Positions 12,399 to 25,148 of a stretch of 64,000 nucleotides of DNA are shown piece after piece. The notes under the pieces are model-generated. The model was given only the letters and a program-made list of their open reading frames with translations, made no database searches and was not told where the DNA came from. Both the position numbers and the translations under genes were made by a program. The DNA is from Rotaria socialis (Eukaryota): the NCBI GenBank assembly GCA_905331295.1, contig CAJNYD010000042.1:1-64000 (forward strand). Direction: 5' to 3'. Position 1 is the first letter of the stretch, and the number at the start of each line of letters is the position of its first letter.

Positions 12399-15300
12399 AT
12401 GTCAAGAATCGTGCCAACCACGAAAATGGCCCAGAAGCTTGCTTTACCGTCGAAGCAGGTGAGTCGTATTGAAACTGATGTAAGACATGCCCATAATCTA
12501 TTATTTAGGCTGTTCCTTCATTATCAAATTATAAAGCGAAGTCAACCGATATCTTTGCCAAGATGGAAGATATTAAGGAAATTCCATCGAAAAAACGATT
12601 GAAATCGTCTTCCACTGAAGAACAAAGATCAAAATCAGCACAAATTGAACCAAAACCGTCAGTAATTCGAAAATTTCCAGTAAAATGAATAAACTTATCG
12701 TTGAAGGGATTCGCACTGCTGTAAACGGTGTTTGATAGCGGCAGTTGTTTTTATTTCCGCCTCCGTTATTGTCTTGTGTGTCTTGCTTGCTGTCCAAATG
12801 TTGAACAAAACAGATGGCTCGAAAGGTTTGTTTAGAGGAGACGCTTCTAAAAATGTCCTGTTTGTCATAAAAGGTAACAGTGACGTTGGAACAACATCAA
12901 CGAGTATCACCAATGGATCCTCGACTCTCAACATCTCGACTGGAATAAATACCACATTAATCGGAGGTGGATCTACCACTTCTGTCAGTAGTACTTCAAA
13001 CAGTATGTTGTTTAGTGAACATTGTGCTTGAGCACTGATGTATGTCTTTTTGTTGCCAAAGAGATACTTCGTGGAATAGAGTTGAGCGAAGCTACGTCTT
13101 TTTATTTGAAAACGATGAGGTTTTTCTTCCCTAAACGGAAACTTTTCGGATAAAAATGCGTATGTTTCTGTTGCATTTATGAACTCTTTGTCGATTTCTA
13201 GGTAATCCTGTGTCGACCACAATACCAACAACTTCAGCTAACCTATCCTCAACAACCAGTAAGTGTTAGATTGAGGGTGGGTGTGAGGGTGGGTGTGAGG
13301 GTGGAGTTCTTCTTGTCAATGACAAACATTCTAACCAGCACATGCTCACCGGCCCTCACACCCTCACTTTTATTTAGTGATGATGGTTGTTAAAAACAAT
13401 CTCACACTGCATATCACGCTCGTACCCACCTGTCTTCCAGAATGTGTACATCTTTCAGGACAGATATCGAAATCGTTAGTTCAGTTGATGTAAACATAAT
13501 TCGAAACAATGAGACTATGTTATTCGCTTCCAGCACCTCATTTTGTAATCTTTGAGAGATCATTTAATTATAAGTGCTGTTTATTGTCTGAGCTGACAAA
13601 ACTTCCATATGAATGTTCTCAAATAAAGCAAATTTATGTACTTTTCAAATAAATACTTTTAGTATCGGGATTCATCAATTCCACTAGTGTCTCGACAGTG
13701 AATGTTACAACAATGACACAATCATCAACGACAACACAATCATCAACTACCACACAATCATCAACCACGAGATGTAAGTGATGTTTCGGTTGTTTAGTAT
13801 GTGTCGATAAGTTGAGTTTGGAATTTCTGGTGTAACAACATCACTCACGGGGTTGTAGTTATAATGGATCTAAAATTATCAAAAAGATCTCGTCTGACGC
13901 CAATCCAAATTTTACAGCAATTACATACGTGCAGTAACTAGTGAGCGTGAAAATATTTCCACATCCACAGAAACTAATGATGCCTTAAATTAATTTTTTC
14001 TAAGCTGCGCGTATATTCAAAAGTTGCGCATTTTCTACTTTCACCCTAAGTAGGCATTAATAGGCTCAGGTGTTTGTATTGATTACTAATATGTTTTTAT
14101 TTTTCTTTTCGAGAAAAGTTTTCTGGAAAAAATGTCCATCAATGAACTTTTATAAAAAATCGTGGAAGAACTTTTTTGTGTAAAAGTGAATGAAAAAGCT
14201 TTCAGCATTACCAGTTCTGTGATTTATGATTCAGTTTTTGGATTCCTGATAGGATGTTGGTGTGAATGGGCATCATCTTAAAATGTATACATTTGGTGGC
14301 AAGCCCCATATACATTTCATATCGAAGTTACACCGGTCGACAAAGTTACAACTTTGACAGAGACCTTTGTCGAAGTTAATATATTTAATTCACTTATCAA
14401 TAACTAAATTATTAAACTGAATATCCTATGTTTGAACAGGCGATCAAAAATAAAATTTAGCTACTAAATATTCATTTATTTAATAGTCGAGTTTATTCAT
14501 AAATTACGAGAAAAAAATTGAAGATTGTATAATTAATAGGATTTATTTCTAACATAAATTATTAGAAAAACAAATTTTAAATACATTCAATTAGAACGAA
14601 ATTCTATATTTAGTATTACTGATTATCACATACTGCCGACTTATGACAAAGACAAGTAGCCAGGTATTTGCTTGTTTATAGCTGCATCTATGTGTTCAAC
14701 AACCTTGCTTATAATCACAGTTAAATGGATTTTCTAATTATAACTTCCTTATTAAGATTGTGATAGTTATATGTTTGAATTTTTAATTGGTTTGATTGTA
14801 TTTACCGTTGCATTATTAGCATACACTTTATACTTTTAAAAATATCAGAAACATGTACATTTACTTATGAAAAGTTTTCCAGTGACTTTATTTTATATAT
14901 GAACTAAAGAATTGATATCTTACTCTCATGCAGAATTTTTTCATGTTTATCTTCATTTAATGTTTTATACAAAACTAGACTTGCGATTTTTAGAGTTCGA
15001 TGCATCTTCGAATTTACCAGAAACGAATTCAGATAGTGATGCAGAAGCTTTAAAGTTATAGCCGTTTTTTTCTCGCAATTTACGAATAGACTCAACTCTA
15101 AAATAAATGAATATTTAGTAGCAAAATTTTAGTTTTGATCGTCTATTCAACCGTAGGACAATCAGTTTAGTAAGTTATTTATTGATAAGTGAATTAAAAA
15201 AAACTTCGACAAAGGTCTCTGTCGAAGTGGTAACTTCGTCGACCGGTGTAACTTCGATACGACATACATATATATACGCACACACACACATACACACACA

Positions 15301-15696
15301 CACTTACATACATCCACGCGACATGCCTAGGTATGCCCACATTCACAAATTTTCACTCAATAGCAGCGACCTATGTAACTGATTAGCTAGCTTTCTTGCA
15401 GCAGAATATTTGAATAACTGTTGACGAGTGATTTTTGGTTTCGTTTTGAATTTTTAGTGCAAACAACAACGCAGATACCATTCAACTGCACAGTAGCGAA
15501 TTACAGCCAGAATGCAACCACAGTAGTTAGTGGTATTTCTTCACCATATGGCCTCGCCATAGATTCATCAAATAATCTTTACGTTAGTGGCTCAACTTAT
15601 CGTATATACAAGTACACCCCAGGCGTTAAGTCATCGAGCGCCGGCTTGCTTATTGCACCGCTAAACAATATTCAAGGATCAACGCTGAGTAGTCTA
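12399..15696 (+). pseudogene. Type II membrane protein: cytoplasmic N-terminus, single TM, Ser/Thr mucin stalk, start of an NHL beta-propeller; apparently truncated
   Basis: Exons 12399-12458, 12509-12657, 12707-12825, 12874-13002, 13202-13258, 13663-13773, 15458-~15696 join in frame with GT-AG sites. TM: LIAAVVFISASVIVLCVLLAVQML. NHL motif: SPYGLAIDSSNNLYVS...RIYKY. No further NHL exons were recognised beyond the 4.6-kb insertion. Confidence 0.7.
14315..15264. mobile_element. Non-autonomous TIR element with 4-bp TSD (Ginger-like)
   Basis: About 60-bp TIR (ATCGAAGTTACACCGGTCGAC...TGTCGAAGTT); right terminus ...ACA; TSD TACA at 14311-14314 and 15265-15268. Confidence 0.75.
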
Positions 15697-16688
15697 CGCT
15701 GTAAAAAAAAGGGCAGAATAATGAACGCTTGCCCTTGATTTTTTTTCTATAAACCCTTGAAGGGTTTATACGTGTGTCATATACCCTATGGAGGGTATAT
15801 GAGTCGAAGGATATGTTATCGCAAGGGTATATAAATTTAAAAAGGGTATATGAAACTGTTTTAAGGGTTTTTTTATTTCATAATTTTATTCAAAGTGTTT
15901 ATTAATAAACGGATAGGCGTAGATTAATATACGTGTTTCCAAAATCAGTTTATTATCCAACAAGCAGGGATAGATTATTATACGATTCATGCAAATCAAA
16001 TCTTATTCTACGGCTAGGAGTTGATTATTCTCCACTTTCAGAATAAACATTTATTATAATACCGTTGAGGGTAGATCAATATACGATGTCACAAAAAGGG
16101 TTGATTATTCTCCACTTCCAGAAAAAGCGTTTACTATAATACNGCAGGGGTAGATTATTATACGATTCATGCAAAACAAATCTTATTCTACGGTTAGGGG
16201 TTGATTATTCTCCACTTTCAGAAAAAGCTTTTACTATAATACCGTTGATGGCAGACCAGTAGAGCGATGTCATCAAAAGGGTTGATTATTCTGCATTCTC
16301 GGCAGGAGCGTTTATTATAATTCTGTTGAGGGTAGATTATTGTACGATATCGTAAAAATGGTTTATTGTTCTACGACCAACAGTTAATTATTCTTCACTT
16401 TCTGAAAAAGCGTTTATTATAATATCGTTGAGGGTATACCAGTATACGAGTTCATCAGAAGGGTTTATTATTCTACGATCCATGGTTGATTATTCTCCTT
16501 TTTAAGTAGAACCGTTTGTCATACACTAAAAAAGTCGGTACTCTACCGAACCTTAATAGTTCCGCATTTCTCCACCGAACGATTTTAAGTTCCATAGAGT
16601 GAAAAACGTTCCGTGGTCTCCTTTCAGAACTATTTTAANACGATCCATGATTGATTATTCTCCATTTTAAGTAGAACCGTTTGTCATA

Positions 16689-18678
16689 CACTAAAAAAAA
16701 TCGGTAATCTACCAAACCTTAATAGTTCCGCATTTCTCCACCGAACGATTTTAAGTTCCGCAGAGTGAAAAAAGTTCCCTGGTCTCCTTTCAGAACTATT
16801 TTAAGTTCAGCAGATTTCATCAGGTTTCGCAATTTTGCGCCTGAACTCTTCCAAGGTTCCGTAAAGTGGCTTGTGGTTTCGTACCTCATGTACAAATCCT
16901 CTGATAGTTTTGGGAAATGGCAGAAGGTTTCGTCATATAACCACTGAACCACTGTTGGTTTCGTGGACGAACCGAAGGTTTCGTATTATTTATGCGGAAC
17001 TTATCGACACTTTCTGGTCGCATTAAGGTTTAGTAATATGTCCACAGAACCATTGCTGGTTCCGGAAACTGTAAAAAGGTTTGGAATATTTTCTGGAATA
17101 CAATTGATGGTTTCGTAGAGCATTCGAGGGTTTCGTACTTTTTGAGCTGAACGATTCTCACTTTATTATCCATGTCAAAGTTTCGTATATTTTGTACCAA
17201 ACCACTGAAAGTTTCGTATATTTTGTACCAAACCACTGAAAGTTTCGTAGATACTCTCGAGGTTTGGAATCTTTTCCACAAACCGACTCATATTTTTGTT
17301 CACGATCCCAACTTTTGGTATTATTTCTACGCAAATTTTTCACACTTTCTCGCGGGGTTTCAGGTTTAGTCGGATACTGGCCAAACCAGCTTTCGTTTCG
17401 TAGACTATCTCAAGGTTTCATAGTTTCTGCTCCTTAACTTTTCACAAATTTATTATCTATGTCAAAGTTTCCTAAAGCTTATTGAGGTCCCTGACTCCAA
17501 ATCCGTTATCAGTTCTTCTCTCCGAGCTTTCATGGATGAGAAAATTCGTCGATCAGGAGTCCAAAATTCACATGGTAGACTTTTTATTTCAACTCTGATC
17601 TAAATTCTGATCAAAGTTTTCTATAGCTTATCGAGGTCCCTGAGTCCAAATCCGTTATCAGTTTTTCCCTCTAATGCTTCATGGCGGAGAAAATCGGTCG
17701 ATCTGGTGACCAAATTTCACAAGGTATACTTTTTATTTCAACTCTGATCTAAATTCTTGGATAAGTTTGATTTGATGAAAGTGAGTAATTATTTTGTTTG
17801 TTATTGATTCATTCATATAGAAGGTTCTAGATAAATTTGATATCATAAAATAATAGAAATTTGTTTGGTTTAATTATAGAAGGCCGCAAAGATGCAATTT
17901 CAGGTGAGTTTGTTCGTGCATAAGTTAATATATTTTATTTGTTTTTTGTTCTAGGTTGGTGCTTATATGCAGTTTTAGGTAAGTTCTCTCTTAGCAAATC
18001 AAAGAATTATTCGTTTTTAGAATTCTTGGTTAATATATATATCGAGTTTTCGGTTAGTCTGATTTTGAGAAATAATAAATTTTCGCTAATTTGTTTATTT
18101 TAGATTGTGTCAAGTAAAAGAATAGTGAAGTAAGTTTGATCTTATAAAATGATTATATTTATTCGTTTCCGTATTTTAGGTTGTTTCAATTATGGAAATC
18201 CCGGGTGGCTTTGGCTTTAACCTTGTACTGTGGCCCGCGGTATGCATACTATTCGAGTATTTCTCGAAACGCGAGTATGGTATACATCAAATGAATCAAA
18301 AATAAGATGAAATAGTCTTTAGAATGATTTTCCTTGAATGCGGAAAATGACTCTATAGACTATTTCATCTTACTTTTGATTCACTTGATGTATACCGTAC
18401 TCGGATTTTGAGAAATACGCGAATAGTGAGCATACCGCGGGAGGCAGCAGAGGGTTAAATGAAATTTTTAACGGAACCTTTGTTGGGTACGAAACCTTTT
18501 TTTGAATGATTTCTGAAAGGTTTTGTACGAAAGCATTGCTACGAAACCATTTTTTTGAATTTTCGTGAAGGGGGTTGATACGAAACCTCACTTTTACAAA
18601 ACCAAAAAAAGGATCTGACGGTGTACCGAGGATAAGAACCTTTTTTAGGTTCTGTAAAAAACCTATTTTTTTAGAGTG
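16689..18678. mobile_element. Nested CACT...AGTG element
   Basis: TA|CACTAAAAAAAATCGGT ... ACCTATTTTTTTAGAGTG|TA; GGTTTCGT/ACGAAACC subterminal motifs. The left end is duplicated at 16524 across a single N. Confidence 0.55.
18221..18454. mobile_element. piggyBac-like palindromic MITE
   Basis: TTAA|CCTT...AGGG|TTAA; the whole element is an imperfect palindrome. Confidence 0.85.
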
Positions 18679-19671
18679 TAATACGTTATTAATTTTTGAT
18701 TCTTGCTCACTCTTTAATAATTTTTCTTTTAGATCTTTGGGTTTGATCTCTTTTATCAATTAATGGAATTACGATCATGGATTCAATAGAAATGTTTCGC
18801 TTATGGGTGAGTGGCAGTTACTTTGAACTTTCAGATGCGTTTCATAATGCACGTCAGAGATTGTTGTCAATTGGTAGCTGCAATGTACTGATTTCTAGTA
18901 AGCTTTCAATTTAATCAGAGTTTTTTGAAGAGAAAACCGTCATCTATTAATAACTCATGCTTTTATGTTTAGGTTTCGTCAAACAAAGTCTTCAAACTAA
19001 ATACAGAATGTGATGAATTTACAAATGCTATTTGCTTAATATCTTATGTGAGAATATCGCAAACGGCCAACGTCAATTGAAGTGAGTAAAAGTTTTCGTG
19101 CGACATCGCAGAGAATTCATCTGAAGTAACCACTTAAAATCATTCCTCCAGGTTACTCACTCAGTTTTATGCTAATTTAGCTATCCTGTTTGTGTTGATT
19201 AGTCGCTGCTAGAAGGAGATTCCTACGATTCCTTTTAATCATCTTGATTTTTATCTTGCGTGGTCATGCTAGATTTTGATTCTCGATCGAATTATCTTCA
19301 GGTTTTCAAGTTTCGCTCGTTTTTCACTGAGTGAGTATTGGATTTTAAGACAAAATCGAGTAAGAGTTTCGGCAAATATGAAGCTCAAAACGTAGAGAAA
19401 ATAGTGGATATGGTTTCTTCCAGCCTCTAAGAGTCTACCACCCCCTTGTTAATTATTATGAAATGCCATAGATAGCGAGTGTTATATACATATAATTATA
19501 AAAACTACAAATTATTCAGTATATCTCTCTTCGTAGACATTTGTCTATCATCAACCAAGGTGAAAAAAGAAAGTATTCAGTTGTTCTACAACCCCTGGAA
19601 GTAGTACATTTTACTCTCGAATCACTCTATATATCCTAATATTCTCCCTGAAAACGATTCTTGAAGTCAAG

Positions 19672-19890
19672 AATCGCCTTCATAAACCTTATCATAAACC
19701 CTTGAGGCAGTTGATGAGGTCCATAATCGCCTTCATATACCTTATCATAAACCCTTGAGGCAGTTTATGGGGTTCACAATCGCCTTCATAAACCTTATCA
19801 TAAACCCTTGAGGCAGTTTATGGGATGCACAATCGCCTTCATAAACCTTATCATAAACCCTTGAGGCAGTTGATGAGGTCCGTAATCGGT
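19672..19890 (+). repeat. 53-bp minisatellite, 4 units plus a partial unit
   Basis: AATCGCCTTCATAAACCTTATCATAAACCCTTGAGGCAGTT... starts at 19672, 19725, 19778, 19831, 19884. Confidence 0.9.
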
Positions 19891-20586
19891 TTTATATACC
19901 CTCTCACAAACGCTGGCGGCCATACATGATACTCATAAACGCTTTTCAATAGCGTTTCTGAGAGGGGCTCATGGGTATAGTATTTTAATCAACCCTTTTT
20001 AGACTGAGTTTCGAAGGTTATATGAGAACGTTTATGTAAATTATCAACCCTTTTCAGGGGTTTATGAAAGTGCAACGTGTCGCAATCCCTTTAAGCATTT
20101 ATGAATGTGATCAACCCTTCAATAAACCTTCCAGAAAAAATATTTAACGATAATAAACTCCGTACTAAACCCTTTTTAGAGGGTTTATAACAGGGTTTAT
20201 GACTCGTTGATAAACGGTTGAAAAGGGTTTGCGACACGTTGCACTTTCATAAACCCTTTTTTCGTTTATTATTCTACGGTTTTTTTTACAGTGTAGTGTG
20301 AGACCCACACCCATAATCAAGAGATCATGTATTCGAAAGTTACACAGGTTTTGAAATACCCGGGCTCAAATTCGCGTCACCCGTACTCTTAGCGTTAAGA
20401 TTATAATGGATTTCGACCTCTTTAATACTGATTTTTCTTCATATTTTTTACATGGGTATGCATGCTGTTCTCAGTAATATAAAAATAACGATCAATCAAA
20501 TCACTATAATAAATTACTTTATTGTTGCTGAAATAATGATAGAATAATACGAACAATTGTTTGAAAACGACAATGACATCATCTTA

Positions 20587-20839
20587 CACTGTAAAAAAAT
20601 CGTAGAGTACTAAACCCTATGAAAAGGGTTTATTACAGTCCTAAACCCTTCAACGTATATTAATATACCCTTTTATCGTTTATTCTAACTATCCTAAACC
20701 CTCAAGGGTTGATTAGCTTAAAAAGGGTTTAGGGAAGTTAGAATAAATGATAAAAGGGTATATTAATATATGTTGAAGGGATTAAGGACTGTAATAAACC
20801 CTTTTCATAGGGTTTAGTATTCTACGATTTTTTTCAGTG
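20587..20839. mobile_element. Foldback MITE, CACTA/EnSpm-like family
   Basis: TA|CACTGTAAAAAAATCGTAGA...TCTACGATTTTTTTCAGTG|TA; near-perfect palindrome; termini resemble those of 15697-20293. Confidence 0.85.
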
Positions 20840-22358
20840 TACTATGAATTTACATTTGCGCTAGTCATTAACCGGTATGATATGAGACAGCCTTTAATAT
20901 TTTCAGAAACAAGAAGAGAGAAGAATTTATTTTGATTACTGTAGGTTTCATTCGATTTGACGATTAAAACAATAAAAACATTGATTTTGTTGATCGGTTG
21001 TATTAATCGACGTTTTGATTGACTAAACATTTGCAGTCAAGAGAAAAATATGTAGAAATAAGATGAGAAAGTATATTACCGGGATACCAATCACACTGCA
21101 ACGAAAATACCTTGAAAAGAGCGAAAAGAGAATAGACGAATGGCAAGAAAAAAATGAAGCACCTATGAATATTCGCTTAATGAGTCAGTAATACAAGGCA
21201 ACTGAGGAGAAAGAGAATGTACAATAGAATAGAGGCACACTACATCGTGTGAAAAGGGTATCTTTTTTACTTTTACTGTGCAAAGTTATATCTGAAAAAT
21301 AATCGTATGCTACTCTCTATTTGTGTCGTCAGTCTTTTAGAGTACAGCTGCTTCTCGGCCTCCTTTCTTTCTTTAATATTATCAGTGTCACTGTTAGTTT
21401 ATCTGAACAGTTAAGCACGATGCTTAGTCGAATCATTTGAACAAATATACTAACAACATCAAAGTCAAATTAGTCGGTGAGGAGAGATGAAACAATGAAC
21501 ATGGAGAACTAAAATGAAATGCGTGAAGTATTTCTTCTTTAGATATCACATTTCGCAGAATGAGTAAAACAAAATACCCTCTTCCACAATGTCATGTATC
21601 TCTATTTTGTTGAGTATTCACTATTCTTTCTCTGCCATATGAATCATTGATTAATTTGGTAAGTTCTCAAGCTTAATTTGTTTTTTCTTTTCTCTCATTG
21701 ACTGCTCTATTGTTCTGGCTCAGGTATTTTCTTTCTCTTATGATTTTTTTCAAGAGACGGTATTTTTGTTCGTCCTTGATTAGTTTTTTTTCTCTTCATG
21801 ATTAATGCTTAAGAGAGGGTTCGTGAGAGGATCAAGAAATAGCGGCTCCGGTCAAAAAAACATTCTTTTTATATTTTAGTTTCATCTGATAGTGCATCAT
21901 TCGGAACCAGGAATTCCAAATTTTTCGCTCATTCGGATAATCTATAGAAAAGTTATGCTGTAGCGACTTTCAGCACCCTCAAGCTATCAGCCTCAAAAAT
22001 AACCGTAAATTGCTCCATACAAGTCTATTAAGATTTTGATACAGAAAGTTCCAGAGTTTTTTTTTGGCTTACATTTCAAAAGATAGAGAATGAAAAGCTG
22101 AACAAAATAAGCTATTTGGATTATTACGAAAGTCGTCGTAAGTTGACGTTTCATAGTGAAAGGCAGTCTGAGGTGAGCAAAATGGTATCGAAAAAGAGGC
22201 GAAGTTTTTCAGTATTTCTGCTGCCATTTTTTTGTATGAAGCGGGGCCAAGCTGGATTTTTGATAAATTGTGCAACTTTCTATTCTCTACAAAATGATGC
22301 AAAAATATCGAGATAAAAAGTTTACCTTTCAGTACGGTCAGTGCTCACCATTTCTACT

Positions 22359-23532
22359 TTTCGGCAATTTTATCGTGTTTTCATATGAAAAACAGGTCTA
22401 TTTTTGAATTTTCGTTTGAGAACATACGAGTTTCAAGCAAAATAATCGTAATACTTCAAATCAGTGTATCGAACTACATTGGAAAAACTAGGTTCCCAAA
22501 TAAATATTTTTTCATCGGAATTCCCCTGAGGGGGGAGTACAGGAAAACTTTTTGATACAATAGTGCTGGAGCCCCCTCAGGGGAATTACGGGTGGCATTT
22601 TACGTTAATTTAATGTTAAGTGTTAGGTTTTAATTTAACGCTTGATATTAATAAAAAAAATGTTTACATTAGCAACTTAACTACTTAATATTAAGTATTA
22701 AATCCGGGCTTAATTTTTAAAATTGAGTCTTAACGTAATATTTAACTTAAAAGAATTAAGTATTGCTTTAACACCTAATATTAAATAATTAAGTGGCTAA
22801 TGTAGACATTTTTTTTTATTAATATTAAGTGTTAAGTAAAACCACTTAATTAACTCAAATTAAAATCAACAGTCCACCCTTAAAGGGGAATTCCGATGAA
22901 AAAAGCTTGTTAGCGCAGCCCCTTTTGGGGTTAAAATGTGGAACTCACATATATCCCTTCTGCTTACTAAAATAATTCAAAATAATTCATCTGAAAAATC
23001 TACCCTGATTTCCAAAACCTATAATTAAATCATTGCCTATTTGCACTTATGTCTTTAATTGAGTATTAATTGTTAGCACGTATATTTAACAAGGGCAGAG
23101 ACTGGTTACTATGGTCTGTAATGGTACCCAAAGCTAGTTACTATGGTATGTAATGGTACCCTAAGCTAGTTGCTATGTTCTGGAATGGACAAACATTGCT
23201 TTTCTCGTGTAGTCTGTAATTGAAAAAGGAAGAAATAGCAGCCTAATTAGTCAAGCTCCTAATTAGCACAATTTTAAACTCATTAATGTTTGTGATGGAG
23301 AGGGGGTGGGGGAGCCGCAAAAATCTCGCCTTTGAACTTACACTCACCATTTTCTTCGAAAATATATGTGAGTTCCACAAAATTATTTATTCGGGAAACT
23401 AGTTTTTTCAATTGAGTTCGATAAGCTGATTTGAAGTATTACGATTATTTTGGTTGAAACTCGTATCTTCTCAACAAAAATTCAAAAATATATTTCTTTT
23501 TTCATATGAAAACACGTTAAAATTGCCGAAAA
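22359..23532. mobile_element. Long foldback element carrying a nested palindrome (about 22590-22880) and HINE copy 2
   Basis: 22359-22530 is the reverse complement of 22884-22904 joined to 23383-23532. Confidence 0.7.
22905..23382 (-). mobile_element. HINE-like element, copy 2
   Basis: Aligns to 8103-8639 with fewer 32-bp repeat units; inserted in an A-run. Confidence 0.8.
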
Positions 23533-23609
23533 CTCAAGGGGGAACAAGCGTATTTCGTTACTTCTGAAGTACGGAAAAGTACGAAGAAGTACTGAAACGT
23601 ACTGAAAAG

Positions 23610-24088
23610 TAGTGGTGGGCCATTAACATTAATTTAATATTAATGTTAATGTTTCTCATTAACCATTAATATTAATGTTTAATGTTTTCTGAGAAAAACT
23701 TAATTCATTAATATTAATGATNATTTTTCCATATTACTGAATTAGGTTTTTCTAAGGAAACATTATCTACAATTATTAATCAATTAACTGGTCTTAATAG
23801 CTAATGTTTTCTCCGAAAGTGTTAATTACTTAATATGGACAGTAATAATGCTTTCATAAAAACATTAACCCTTAATATTAAGTCATTAATTTTAATGAAA
23901 ACATTAACATTAATATTAATGATTAATGATTAATGAAAATATAATCCCTAATATTAACGAAAACATTACTATTCATACTAATGGTGAATGTTTCCGTTAA
24001 CCATTAATATAATTCAAGGACATTGACATTAATATTAATAATTAATGAAAACATTAATTTTAAAATTAATATTAATGGCCCACCCCTA
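23610..24088. mobile_element. MITE (hAT-like termini) rich in ATTAAT repeats
   Basis: TIR TAGTGGTGGGCCATTAA / TTAATGGCCCACCCCTA; no clear TSD. Confidence 0.65.
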
Positions 24089-25148
24089 GCACAAAGAAAG
24101 ACAATCTAGCGTCGAAAGATTCATTTGTACATATTATCGATGGTAGGTGGGTAAATTATTCCCATCTCGTTTTTTGAACTCTATGAGGATGCATATCCAA
24201 TCCATCCTAGGTAGAGCGTCGAACAAAAAAAGCAGTGAACATTAGCAAGAAGACGAGAGCTTGCTAGAAAAGGCAAACTTATTAACACGACATTCTATTA
24301 TTAGTGATGATACTTGGAGTTTTATATTCAAAATAGTCGTAGTAAAAGAGGGTCTCAATAAAGGACTGGGGGTCTTCTGTGTAGTAGGCAACAATTTCAT
24401 CATGATTTCAGAGGTTTTCTATAAGAAAAGTTCATTTTAAGTAATCGGTAAAAGCAATCCATAACAATCGTGAAACATCGGCAGTATTAATCGACTTTAG
24501 TAGACAAAGGGCATACCTCTGATCAGCTCTGCAATCAGATGGAAATCATTAATAAAGTTTAATTAAGCCTAAACTAGACCGCCAATAGCCATTAACTTTG
24601 AAAAATATGATGAAATAGACGAAAACAAATCTTAACTTCAATGAAAGAAACATGCTAATATGATCTATTTGTGTCTGATAACAAGAGAATATAGACGATT
24701 AAATTGATCAGAAAGTTCATATGATGGTTATGAACTATGACCGATAGGAATCAATCAAATTATTTTCAATATCTCCTATATCAGTTGTTTTACAAGCTGT
24801 CACATAATGAAGAGAATCTCCGTCATCGGTTTTTCAATAGAGAAGTTAGAACTGAAAAAACGTGGAATTTGCTAAGAAAGTGTTGGAACAATGCTAAGAG
24901 GACGATGGCTTTCTTCTAAAAAAAAGCTGTTAGAGCAGTTCCCGTAAAATCGAAGCGGCTCATGATAGTGTCTACACGTATGTGTTCTACAATGCATTAA
25001 AGATCTTGCACGAGACATGAAGGAGTTAAAAATCAAATGAATAGACATAATTATTTGATTGTTTTTACTGGTCGAATCCAATAAGCATGGCATTTGAATT
25101 TTATTTTATTGCAAACAATTTTTTTTATGAGTTTCAGAAAATAGTTCA

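Larger units (their letters stand above)
15697..20293. mobile_element. CACTA/EnSpm-like non-autonomous element with nested insertions
   Basis: TIR C(G/A)CTGTAAAAAAAA..GAATAAT.AACG, TA on both sides, many subterminal AAGGGTT/AACCCTT motifs, internal tandem arrays. Confidence 0.75.

Noticed and set aside
12695..13231. 178-aa minus-strand ORF
   Set aside because: Antisense shadow of the spliced plus-strand Ser/Thr-rich exons.
16476..16800. About 165-bp tandem duplication
   Set aside because: The copies are joined at a single N (16639), so it is likely a contig-overlap artefact; the same applies at 2995.
18370..18759. 129-aa ORF and similar short ORFs in 16700-17400, 22000-22320 and 40005-41240
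   Set aside because: They cross TE boundaries or derive from subterminal repeats; no domain signal.
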